A DNA stretch of 57,984 bases, filler included, from Sphacelaria rigidula (Eukaryota): NCBI GenBank assembly GCA_964200075.2. It is 4 parts of 4 records of this genome, joined end to end, with 100 filler letters (N's around TTAATTAATTAA, not from the genome) between each part and the next. Parts side by side here need not be neighbours in the genome. Positions count along the whole stretch, not along the records: positions 1 to 14,423 come from CAXNAA020002256.1; 3 more parts are not named here. One strand, given 5' to 3'. The position numbers and the translations under genes were made by a program. This document shows, piece after piece, positions 1-12,400 of this stretch; within the stretch, counting starts at the first letter, position 1; each line of letters opens with the position of its first letter. The notes below the pieces were generated by a model, which ran no database searches, was not told the DNA's origin, and saw only the letters and a list, made by a program, of their open reading frames with translations.

Positions 1-282
1 CGGGGGGTGTGCGGGGGGGGGGGGGGGGGGGGGGGTGGGGGGTTGTGGTGCGGGGGGGGGGGGGGGGGGGGGGGGCGTGGCACTAGCAGCAACGAACACC
101 TGTGCATCATGATACGGCGCCTCAACATAAATCTGCTTCGGATGCCCCCTCCGTGATGGTTAATTATGATCGACAAGGAAGAGCCACAACAAGTTAGCAA
201 TGGACACGCGAAAAACAAACAATACAAAACCCGTGTCGTCGACCCCTGATCCCATTTCTACACACACACGTATATATCTCAC

Positions 283-402
283 CAGGATCATGAATCCCGC
301 GTATATCTCGTAAGCCTTGTGGCGGCGGGAATTGCAGCTGATACGGTAATCCGCCCGGAGATAGCTGCGATCAACTTCCTCTAGGTCATCGCAAGCAAAC
401 GT
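283..402 (-). CDS. Exon of membrane receptor-like gene (TFACDDLEEVDRSYLRADYRISC...FMIL)
   Basis: cag acceptor, GTGAG donor, 120 nt, phase 0-0. Confidence 0.85.
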
Positions 403-3400
403 CTGCGATTTGTTTTCGGCAAGGAAGAAAAAGCGAAAACGGAAAAACAATAATTCAGAAACAGGGTGAACCGACAGACAGTACGCGCGAACCAAACTCG
501 GGACAGCAAGAGCGGGCGCAGGAGAGGGGGGGCGCAGGGTAGGGTAGGATTGCGGTGATAATCGCGCAACCGACAACCAAGGCGGCATAGTTACAAATGT
601 CCAAAATCACCCGCCCAATTGCTCAACGCGTTCGGAGATCGCGGGTATCATGTCGCCAAAAAAAGCCAAACCTCATCAAACAAAATCCCTCGGGCGTCGA
701 AACCCCTTCGGAGGGACCCTCAGTTGGACCACTTCTATTCTAGACAATAATACCAGCACAGTTGTTCAGACTTGCGGTGGGAGAATGGAACATTCCGGGG
801 GTAAATCAAGAGTGATGGAAAAATGACTGCTCTGATGAGCGGTACACACGTCAGCGCAGTGGAAAATAACATATGGTACTTCACCACGCTATTAAATACA
901 AATATCCGATAGGCATACCAACTGGAACGGTAAAATGCCTCTGAAAATATGTGAGAGTGGCGTGTTTTCGTTCGAAACAATTGTGCGTGAGAGATTTGCG
1001 ATCAACGAACACCCAGTGTTAGACAGCGGGAATGGTGCTTGCAAACAGTGACGAAATGGCTTAGGCATAACTACTCGTCCTCAAATCTCGTGAGGATTAC
1101 CGCCTGTGCTGACCAAATCGCCTGTGCTGTACAGACCGACAAGGGAGTGTTGTCCCGAAAATGGGTCTAGCGCCCGAAGAGGCCAACCATTCACGTTTTC
1201 CTGGAAAATGGTAGTATCATATACAAGGTTCGAGTACGTACAAAAACACCACTGTGTAGACAAGATGAACGTACGACCTGGGGAATGGCAGAAACGGTAT
1301 CAGTACACAAAAACAGCCGCACGGTGTGAAGCAAGAAAAACGCACCTGAAAGATGACAGTAGATACTGTAGAGTACATGAGAAACGCTACTGTGAGCGCC
1401 ACGGTGACATGCTTGTCCTGGACCCGTCGCAAAACGCTGGGCTGCTCGTCAACCGAATCCGAAGACCCGGAAGAGGTGCGATGTCGAGGAGTAGGGTAGA
1501 TGACATCGGGCTCTCCTCTCGACAGCGGGTGCAGCCCGTGTCTCTTACTGCCAGCCAGCCATTCAACCAACGTCATCGGACGGGCGGTAAGGGGACGCGG
1601 TAGGTTAAAAAAAAAAATGCTTGATGGGATTGATGATCTTGAAACACATGTAGTACAGTACCCTTTTGGCTTCCGCGCGTATCGTTAGGGGGACACGATG
1701 ATTGACGCCGCAGAAGGAGGTTAGTAGCACCAAACATGAGAATTCGAATATTGTACCTTCGACTGAACATGCGATGATGTCGTACTACGCTCAAGGACCA
1801 ACTTTCGATCTCTGGATAGTACACTGAACAAATTACGCACAAATCCGCTTTGAAAAAGGAAGGAAAACGCGGCGTTTGGCTGGATCCTGATACTTAGTCA
1901 TGACACAAGAAGTTTGAGTGCTGTATATATGGAATAAGATCGGAGAGAATCAAGCATAGCTCGCCCAATGTTGCAGACCGCAGCCAACGGCGGACCTGTA
2001 CATGCGAACGGGAAACACAGATCAACACCATCAATATGGAACATGACATAAGAAGACAACGACAAATTGTTAACACAGATGACAGGAATTCTTCAACTCA
2101 CCATACGAATTGATAGGTGCCGGCGAGGACCAGCAGGACAACCAAAGGTCCGATTGTAGCAGCTAAGAGCCGACCGTAAAAATTAATCTGAGTCCCGCCA
2201 GAAGAGAGAAGAAAAAAAAAACGACGGACAATACAAGTGACAAAATGATGTGAGGGAGACGAAGCGCGCGAGAGGACATCATACATTGTTCTTGAAAGCG
2301 CTACAGAAAAGGTACAATATAGCCGTGACAGTTACATTACAGTGCCCAGCAAAGAAAAGGTACACGAGTGAACGACGAATAGAGTACGGGACACGCCTTC
2401 ACTCGGCACGGAAAATATTGCAAGGGTCGGACAAATAATGATTCGTCTTTGAATTACTTGGTTTTAGTATAGTTGATTCAACTCGTACGAATCAATGCCT
2501 CGGCTTTGTTTTCAGCGTTGCAACCCAGGTACACGCAGCCCAGACACGTGATTTGGCGCAAAAATTGCGTGGATACCCCTTGGACCAGCGATCAATTTTT
2601 TCTCCCTTTTGGGCAATTAGCCCGAAGAAATCGTGAATTTGGTGATTTTGAGTCGTGATGATTTGTCCTAACCGTGAAATATTGTCTTTCGCCACATCGT
2701 CACATATTGGCCATTTTTGTCATTTTTCATCACATCGCCACATTTTGGTCATTTCCATCATATATTTCATTACACTTCTCAAATTCCATGTGAAACGATT
2801 TTGATGCAGGGAAACCACCATACATCGAAAAAATGTTACGTCATATGTACATGGGAACCATCATCAATCGGGGGCAAGATTACCGTCCTAGTTCATCCAT
2901 GTCAAGTATTCCACTGCTTGAGTATTACCGAGTTCATCGACAAACCTTTTGAGAGCAAGCGCGAGTAGCGAGATATTCACTATGGAGTACCTCGAGAGGT
3001 GCCGGAAATATCGTGAGTTTGCAGTGCAGTTCTGACGAGGTATTCGCGATGGATCCCCCCGAACAGTCTCGAAAATATTAAAAGTGTCAGCTTCTGATGT
3101 GGAGGGGATATATATTTTCAGCAAAGGTCCATCACACGTACGTCATGATTACGAAAGGGGATATTATGAACGACAAATATGGTATCATATATCACATATC
3201 ACGGTTTTCCAACACCCTACCGACGAAAGAAAGGCCTAAAATGGGGAAAACGTCCGCGTTACGGGCAAAATCAACACTGGTGTACCGTCATGAATAGATA
3301 ATGGTGGATATCACCGAAGCCAGCGGGAACCACGTTTTTATTGAAGAAAATGGAGTGAGGGAGACGGTGAAAAGCAGTTGATACTTCCGAAAATGGTCGC

Positions 3401-6400
3401 TGACCATCTCCAAATGAAAGACGGGTAGCTCAAGGTGGTGGCAAAAAAACAAAGAAAACTCTAGAGCTCAACGAATCATGTTCAACAGGGAGAAATACAA
3501 CCGAATGAAATTCATGGATCATGACTAGACTTGATGCGTACCAATAACATCTGCCGCAACGACGAAAAAAAAAACGGATTGAGAAAAATCCAAGCGTAAA
3601 ACCACAAGGACAACTACCCAACAGATCATGGATCATGACCATAATATACAACATGTCTATACACATCTCAACTATGCATCTCTTGCTTCTCGGACCATAC
3701 CTTCACAACGCAAACGGCGGTGAGTAGCCAGCCCGCGTCCATGTTAATGACGTCCACGACGGACAGGAAAGTGCGGAATATGACCGGAAACTCGATGGCC
3801 GTGATGGAGGCGTACTGAGTGATGATCTGCCACAAAACGAAAGCAACGAAAAAAAAAACTCTTTGAACTCGAGGTCGAAACATGAGAAATGACGAAAACT
3901 GCTGCACAAGTGTTGGGTGATGAACTGCCACAAACAAAAAACACGATTTACAGGACAAAATTCAAGCACATTCGCCCGTTCGGTGGGCCATTGTCACAAA
4001 ATGCACACCATTACAGAGGTGCTCACGAGAAACCAGACACGGACACCAGGTGAAAAAAATAGAAATAACCAAAAAGAGAAAAACAAAGACTACATTGTGC
4101 TCGATACCGTACAGTAGAGGGCAAATCACTCATGCAAACCTGAAACACGACGAGAGGAATCTTGAGCTTGTGAAACGGGATAACTCTCAACCATCGCGAA
4201 ACCGCCCATCGCGTTTCGTTCAGCTCGGTCAGGGCCGGGTTCGCAACCAAATCCATGACGACGAGAGACACGAGGCCCAGGAAAATAACACCCATCAACG
4301 CCAGCATGACAACCTTCGTTGCCGGGGGTATCGAGAGGTATCAAAATGGGAGAAGGACGGGGAGGGGGTTGGGATATCAGTCATGAATCTCCAACGCCTA
4401 GTAGAAGCTTGCCTGTCGCATTGTGATCATAATAATATCAACGACACCACACATCTCACTGTCCCCTTTTTGAAAGACAGAATTTATCCGCTTAGTACGA
4501 AGTTAGCATGTCCGAGTTAGTGTGTCTTTTCTGAAAAAAAGGCGTTTCAGTTTCAATATTCCGGCTGCCACGCGTACAGGTGATTTTCAGAACTATAGAC
4601 GTAACACGTAACACGTAACACGTAACACGTAACACGTTCACGTTACGTTCGTCACGTCTATAAATTTTAATGTTCACGTTCCGTTCCGTTTGGCACGTTA
4701 AATAAATGTAACGTTACGTGAACGTGTCACTTGAAAAATTAACGATCACCTTACTTTGCGTACTTCACATTCAAGAAATTATCGCGTTTATATACATGTA
4801 ACGTAATATGAAACGTTTTAATGTCACGTGTAACGTCTACTAAAACGTTTCATTGACACGTGTAACGTTTGAATGTAAATTTTGATTCGGGGCATGTCGC
4901 GGCTCATTTAACAGTGTTCAAGGCGTTGTAACGTGTCATGTAACGCGTGACGTTCCCGTGTACGTGACGCTGACGGTGGCCCATCGTATGTTTCAGCGTA
5001 GGTGCAGTATCTGAATTGTGTAACGACACTTTCTCTACAAGGTATCGTTAATTCGTCTTGACCGTTATTTTTTTCATATTTTCTCTCTTCTCTTCATCTT
5101 ATTTTTCAATTCTCAATTGAACTGTCGAATATTTGGCCATTCGCACGACGGCACATACTGTACACACGAAAGATCGTGAACATGGTTGAACGCTGGCTTG
5201 AGTCGCCCAGGCATTTCGCTGGCAAAACTACATCGGGTACACTTGCTTCTATATATGTCGACATATAGACATGGACAAATAGGGTAGTTGTTTCCCCCCC
5301 GGGATCCATCTCATGTACTTGTTGCCCGTGAACGTGACGTGGACGGGTACGTTACACCCGGTCAATTCTCTTGATATGACTGCGGTCAAGATGATCATGC
5401 TGTAATGATGTTATGATGCTGTGCTCCAACGATAACTTGTAACGTGCTGTGGCGTAAAGTGCGCGAACTTGCTGAAATAGTATGTCCTATATCTTGGTCA
5501 TTCAAACACTCGGGATCATTGAAGCACAATCTTCTAGGATTTCAAATTTATTGCGGACTTGGAGTGTGAACCGCTTCAGGTAACGTGTCCATGACGTTTA
5601 ATGTGATGTATAACGTCTAGTGCACGTGTAGCGTCTACGTACACTTGTAATGTATAATACATGTGTAACGTGTAATAGACGTTACACGCTCCATGAAATG
5701 TTTCATATCACGTGTTTTGAACGTTTCACACCCTGAACAACATACGGTCAACAGATGCAATAGACAAAAATTGTACTGCATAAAGTATCGGTCTATTGGG
5801 ACTAATGTCCAAGGTGTGGAACGCTTGGACAACTTGACGTGAAGGTTACGTTCCGTTGGCACGTTTAAAAAAATCAAGGGGCTACAGGTTACACTCGCTG
5901 CGTGTCACGTCGTGCCACGTTTCCCGTCAAAAGTTAAGCCAGGCTAGTACTACGGTGGGCGACGGGGACCACGTCAGGAGCCCTGTTAAAAACTCGTGAC
6001 AAATCAGGGCTCCCAACGTGGTCCCCGTCCCCCACCGTAGTACTAGCCTGACTCAACTTGTGACGACTTTTGACGTGAAACGTGAACGTCACGAATATAA
6101 CGTGCAGACCCTTGAAAAAAAAAACGTGACGTTAACTGTTCCTTAAAAATTCAACGGTTACTTCACGTTACGTTGATTACGTGATGAAAAATTAACGTTC
6201 ATGTTACGTTTCGGCCAAAACGTAACGTGAGCGTATCGTGTAACGTTGTGGCACGTGTAATGTGATTAGCCTTGCATATTTTCTAGGGGGAAGCGTACGT
6301 ATTTGTGGCCCGCCGCAGTCATTTCAACACTGACCATACATTCATTTTTGAGACGGACCACCGGTCCTGCTCCTAATATCGACACCTCCAAGCGTTCGGC

Positions 6401-9400
6401 GCTCATTACGTTTCTTCGACACATGACATGAAGAGCCTTTTTGGCATCTTACCCCCCTTCCTGTTTTCAAGCGGGCGGGGGGGGAAGCACGGTTGATTGC
6501 GCTGCCGAGTACCCCCAGAATACATCCCATCAATGGGGGGGGGGGGGAAACGTTAGCCCAAGTATGAATTTCCGAAGAACCGTAGAATTTGTCACGAATG
6601 CATTTGATATGCGACAATCAAATCAATGTATCCATCGAAAACGCGAACAAGTTCCAAGAGCAACGAATTTTGCGGCATGCCCAACTATAATACGGTATCC
6701 GTAGACGATCTTCCGGTGAGTCGGCGAAGACACCACTGCGCCGCGCTTCCATCTCTCAGGTCAACACTTGGTCAGCTACAGGGTGGCCGACACCACCCTA
6801 CCATAACACGCCCCTAGTCTCTAGTCTCTTGTCTCTGTCTCTGTATCTCTGTCTCTCTCTGCCTGTGTAAATGTGCGCCCGTGCATATCTCATGAACAAC
6901 TGATGCCTCACCATGCCTGCCCGGAAGCTGCTGTCGCAGGAGTGACAGCTATTACTGACTCCTGGAGTGTAGTCGATGTCGCACACAGCGCAGTCTGTTC
7001 AAACATTATCGAAATCCGCAGAAGGAAAAGAAAAGGAAAAAGCAAGGGGAAAAAAAGCAGGGTCAATATTTAGGAGAACCAAGGAAACTACATACCGCTC
7101 CTGTTCCTATGCTTTCAAATATGACAATACATACTTAGTATTCACTAAATCGTCTCGCCGCTAGGTATCCTTTCGATAGGATACCGATCAACTAAACTTG
7201 CCGCAGGTTGAAAAGTATATCCTCTATCGGACCACGCTCCACTCGTGAAGAATATATTTTACCCTTTCGGCTTTGTTTTTTCCTCAGTGAGGGGAAGGGG
7301 GTCTGAACTCTTACCTCTACAACAATTCCTCAACTACACATGGAAAAGAAACAGGCAGGGGCGGTGTTGTGGTGTGGTGTGGGGGGTGAAGTGAAATCGG
7401 AACACTTACAGGGGCCTGTGTAGCCGACAGCGCAGTACTCATTCACGCTAGATATTCGATCCATTTCACGGCTGCCCAGGCACGCTTGGGCGTTCAGACA
7501 CTCTCGAATAATCTGCCGCAGACACAGGGGGGCACAGTTACGAGTGGGGAGATCGCCAACGGATGAGGCATGCAACTATACGCACGGGAACACAACGTGC
7601 GGGGGCGGATAACACACAGAAACAGGCGGGCCAATACACACTGATCAAACGAATGTTCCACCGTGTATGCGGAGGAACCCTGCTGGCGGAAATAAATCAT
7701 AGAGGAAGATCACAACCCTGCGGGCGAGCATTAACCATACAGGCGAATCAACAACCTCCACGGGCGAATATACGAGCTGGGCCAGATTGAAAACAGATCC
7801 AAGCTGTCACGGCCATATCTCTACGATGCAGACAAATTGGGCCGTGTCAGCACATCTCATTAAACGTCCAATACAGGAGCATGCCCATCTGCTCAACAGT
7901 CCCGTCAAATGTTCTCCTTGATTCACAGAGTCCTACATCAAACTCAAGTCATCAGCGAGTGAAGTTCACCCAATCAAGACGACTTCGAAACCGTCCTTTT
8001 CTCGTCTTCGTCGAGAAAAAGACGGCGGGACTTTGCAAACTTGAAATATTAGCGGTCATGCCCAAAACACACCACGGACAAGAAAAATATATATAATGTC
8101 GCCCGGCTCGCCCGCAGGCCAAAACCGCTGGATTACCCTTGTACCCGATGTATATCGAGAAAATGGCTCTGTAAACTACCGGCTATCGCTCAGGTTCACG
8201 CCATCGAACGGTAGAAAGTCAGTACATGAGAAGCAACGCGGATTCGGAAGACGTGAATAGGCCCTAGCAGTTGATGGGGAGTGGAGGCCAAACTGTAAGG
8301 AAGCAAGGGAAGGCCCGCCCGCTGATGCTTCCTTGCCGGGGGTAACTTACGAGCTCAGCTTGTGTGCACCCAGCCATTCCATGAGGCAAGTCATGTCACG
8401 CTGTGGGCATGAAGGCATCACTCGGCCTACTTCATATTTTTTGCATGTTGCGGTTTGTCAGTAAAATGCGAGTAATGTTCCCCGGTACAATCACAGTCTG
8501 CTTCTGTGTCCTCCCCGACCCCCTCAGGGTCCCGCGGAAGGGATCATGGTTCGCCTCGTTCGTCATGGGTTCAGGACTCAAGTGCTGGTGCCGCCACAAG
8601 TATTGCAAACAAGAGAGACCCGTTCCGCACGAGTTCTGACGGATGGCCGTACTCAGCGGAAACTCAGCAGCAGTTTGGTGCTCTCGTCTGCAAGAGCGCT
8701 GCGGCCTGTGCTATCATGTGATGCCGTATGTACCCCTGTAACCGCTGGTACTATTCCTATAAGAGTATACCATCTGTACGGCACGACTGCTGCTGTTCCT
8801 CTATTTGCAACTACTGCTTCAATCACCGAACCATACTGGTGTCCGTGAGCTTGTGCTCCCATTGTGCTGCTATTGCACGACGAATGTACTACTGTCTGTA
8901 CCGCTGTTTGAGCTCTTTGTGCTCGCATCTTCGAGCGGCCGTTCGTAGTTTGCAAGTGCGAATGTTGGTGTTTGCACAAGTGCTGCTGCCTATGCTATCG
9001 CGCAATGGTGTACGTAGTGCTATAGCTCCCGCCACTGCTACCACTTTCCGTATACTGTACACGACGGTAGATATCACCCCCTACGATAATATGATTGTGT
9101 TAGAACATAGTATCACCCGCGGTGGTATTTTACTGGGGGTGTGGTGTGTTATGTGCAAACAGTAGTAAATGGTATACGGTATGTCGTCTGTACGACAACA
9201 CTACTGTTATACTGCTATTTGAACTGCTGTGTGAACAACTGCCCGTCCATTGCTCTGGCTGGTGTTTGCACCTCCATACCGCTCGCTAAAAAACGGGCGC
9301 ACTGCCGCTGTTTAAAACGAACCCACCGCATATGCTTGTATGTACTGCCGTGAGACTGCTGGTTTTTCAACTGCTGTAGCTGGCGCCCAGGAGCAGAGAT

Positions 9401-12400
9401 ACAAGCGGCTACACCAGAAAGGATACGACGTTAGCCGCTCGGACTTCGCAGCACCGGTGGTCTCTTGCGACCGAAAACGGAGATTCGTCGAGCGCGGTTG
9501 GCGGGAAGTTCCTCGGGTGTCGTATCTATCTCGGACGTCGAATGGCGGAGCGGACGACGCAGGATGAGCGGCTGGACATATTGATAAAGCCTTTCACAAC
9601 CAACATGCTGGGACGTCCACATACCGATGGTGCTCCCACCCCGATGAGGATGTGTGCCCGAATTTCTGCAAGGGTGGCAGATATGCGGCCCGGTGTGCCG
9701 TGGCCTGTTTCCGACGTGCAGAGAGTGCGTTTGGGCACCCAGGCGCTTACAACTTCGCGAGCGCTTAGAGCAGAACGTGATCGAACTCGCAAGGCTTGAG
9801 AGTACAAGTAGAAGGCGAAGTGTGTAACTAACCGAGACACACCCGCAACAAAAGCTGTCCTCAAGATCACCGACGGTGAAGTAACAACAGTGACGGATAA
9901 GGCGAGCATGATTCGCCATGAATCCTCCCTCTTGAAGATATCGGCCGACGTGGTCTCAAGCTCACGCATCGACGACTTCAAGCCGCAGAAGATTGTTGAC
10001 TGGGCTTGCGACTCCAAGAAGCTGGACGGCTACTTCAAGCGCGACGGGAGTGGTGTGCACGGGAGGGAATGAGTACTGCCCTCCGGGGATAGAACTCATT
10101 CCTTCCCGTGCACACTACTTCTGCCGCGCTTGAAGTAGCCGTCCAGCCTCTCAACCTCGCAAGCCAGGTCAAGAATCATCTGAGGCCTGGAGACGTCGAC
10201 GTGTGAGGTTGAGACCACGTCGGCCGATATCTTCAAGATGGAGAATTCATGGCGAAGCGTGCTCGCCGTATCCGTCACTGTTGTCACTTCATCGTCGGTG
10301 ATCTTGAGGGCAGCTTTTGTTGCGGGTGTGTCTCGGTCAGTTACACACTTCGCCTTAGCTTCTGCTTGTACTTTCAAAAATCAAGCCTTGCGACTTCGAT
10401 CACGTTCTGCCCTGAGCGCTCACGAAGTTGTAAGCGCCTGGGTGCCCAGGCGCACCCTCCGCACGTCGGAAACAGGCTATGGCACACCGGGCCGCATATC
10501 TGCCACCCTTGCGGAATCCGGGGACACCTCGTCGGGATCGGAGCACCATCTCTGTGTGGACGTCCCAGTATTTTGGCTGTGAAATGCTTCATCAATACCT
10601 TCAGCCTTCCATCCTGCGTCTTTGGCTCCGCCATCCTAAACTCCGAGGTAGATACGACACCGGAGAAACTTCCCGACAACCGTCTGATGCCCCTTCCGCC
10701 TACCCCGCTCGACGCATCTCCGCTCTCGGTCGCAGGGGATCACCGGTGCCGCGAAGTCCGAGCGGCTAAAGTCGCATCCTTTCTAGTGTAGCTACCGCTT
10801 GTATCTCTGCTCCTGGGCGCCACCGAGATTTCCGAAACTGTTGAGCGATTTTCTCGTGGACTGTAGCGCCACACCGGATTTTGTTCTGGTGGCCAATACT
10901 AGAGCATACTCGACAAAATTCCGCGGACGCGCCCATGTATTCACTTACTGCAGAAGACACAAAGGTGCTCGTACTTATTTAGTATTAGCACTCGTGAAAG
11001 TGACGACCCAACTCTGCCGTTGTCCCCTTTAAAATTGTAAACTCCTCGAGAGCACACTACATCTGGATTGAGCAGCTCGGTTTTCGATAGCTATGCTTCA
11101 AAAATGTGGTGCTGTACGAAGAATCGCAAGAGCATGACAAAAAAACAAAATAAAAATGCCGCCTATCGCAATTTTACGTTCTTGTGTTTCATTTCATCAT
11201 CTCAAGGACGTTTTTTCTCGAGAAAAGTGAAAGTTTGGTTCCACCTCAACTCATGAAAGCAAAGAACAATATTTCATGTCAAAGCCGACACCTCGGCATG
11301 ATGCCCTCGCGATTCTACAGAGCCAAACTTCAACATAAAACTCTCGAAGCTGAGCTGCTAGAATACCTAGAACATGACTGACTGATTGATTGTCGCACTT
11401 TAACTGACCTACCATGGGGTCCAGCTGTGGTCTCATGATAGACGTACCCAAGAAAAACAAAACTAAAATACCACAGCTCCGTTTTTTAGCCTTGCCCAGC
11501 CTGTAAACCATACAGACGGATCACGTCAAAACACTCTGCCGGCGAATATAGAGCGAGAAGGCGAATAAACAGAGCTCCTGGAGAAAGGGCGGGGGGTCAC
11601 GCACGACCATCTCAGCCCGGGGAAATCGGGGAACCTTCAGCACACCCGCGTGACCGCAAACACACGCTGGACGTAGCCGTGGCACCTGTAGCCCCCAGCA
11701 CAACTACACAGAACCAAGAGCCAGGCAACCGTAGTTCGGACAGTCAGCCGAACCACTTGAAGAAGAAAAACAAGAAGCCGCGAGAGACGAGACAGGGCCG
11801 GCCCTGTGACACGGGAAAAGAAAAGAGGCGTTTCAATCTCAAAAAGTGTGTTGCTCACAGTGGTATCGACGGTCGATCGCCAATAGCCCTGGATGAGAGG
11901 CAGCGTTTCCAACAGTGTCCCGGACGAGCTACAGTCCAAGCCTTCGGGATGCAGGTCGGCGTTGGCGCACTGCAGACACACCTGTCCGTCCCAATATTGA
12001 CCCTGTTGTGAGCGCGCGCGGGGGGGGGGGGGGGGGGGGGGGGATGTTCTTGTATGGAAAGTGGTTGTGAGTGTGTCCCGGGTATTTTTACAAAGGAGCG
12101 GGGGGNNNNNNNNNNCACCCACGCGCCGCCCGCCCCCCCTGGTCGTCCTTTGGTGGGGGGGGGGGGGGGGGGGGGGGGGGGTTCGCATGATCTTGCATGC
12201 CATAGTCATGTGATCATTGACCTCGCATTTCTACAAAGCCGGACGGAGCACGACGAGTTTTCGCCGGACCAAGCTCGCAATCAATGACCCAGCGCGAAGC
12301 GGCATGGTGTGCTCGGCGAGTCGCATGAAGGGTGAGCTGCATCCTGCTGGGGTTGTTCCACCCGAGGCGTCCTGATTATCTTGCATTCGGATGACAGCCT

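Larger units (their letters stand above)
4592..6270. mobile_element. Non-coding ACGT-motif-rich repeat element in an intron, probably a non-autonomous DNA transposon or foldback; includes (GTAACAC)n at 4600-4636
   Basis: Very dense ACGT, AACGT and CACGT motifs, internal palindrome centred near 5995, no credible ORF; ends approximate. Confidence 0.45.
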
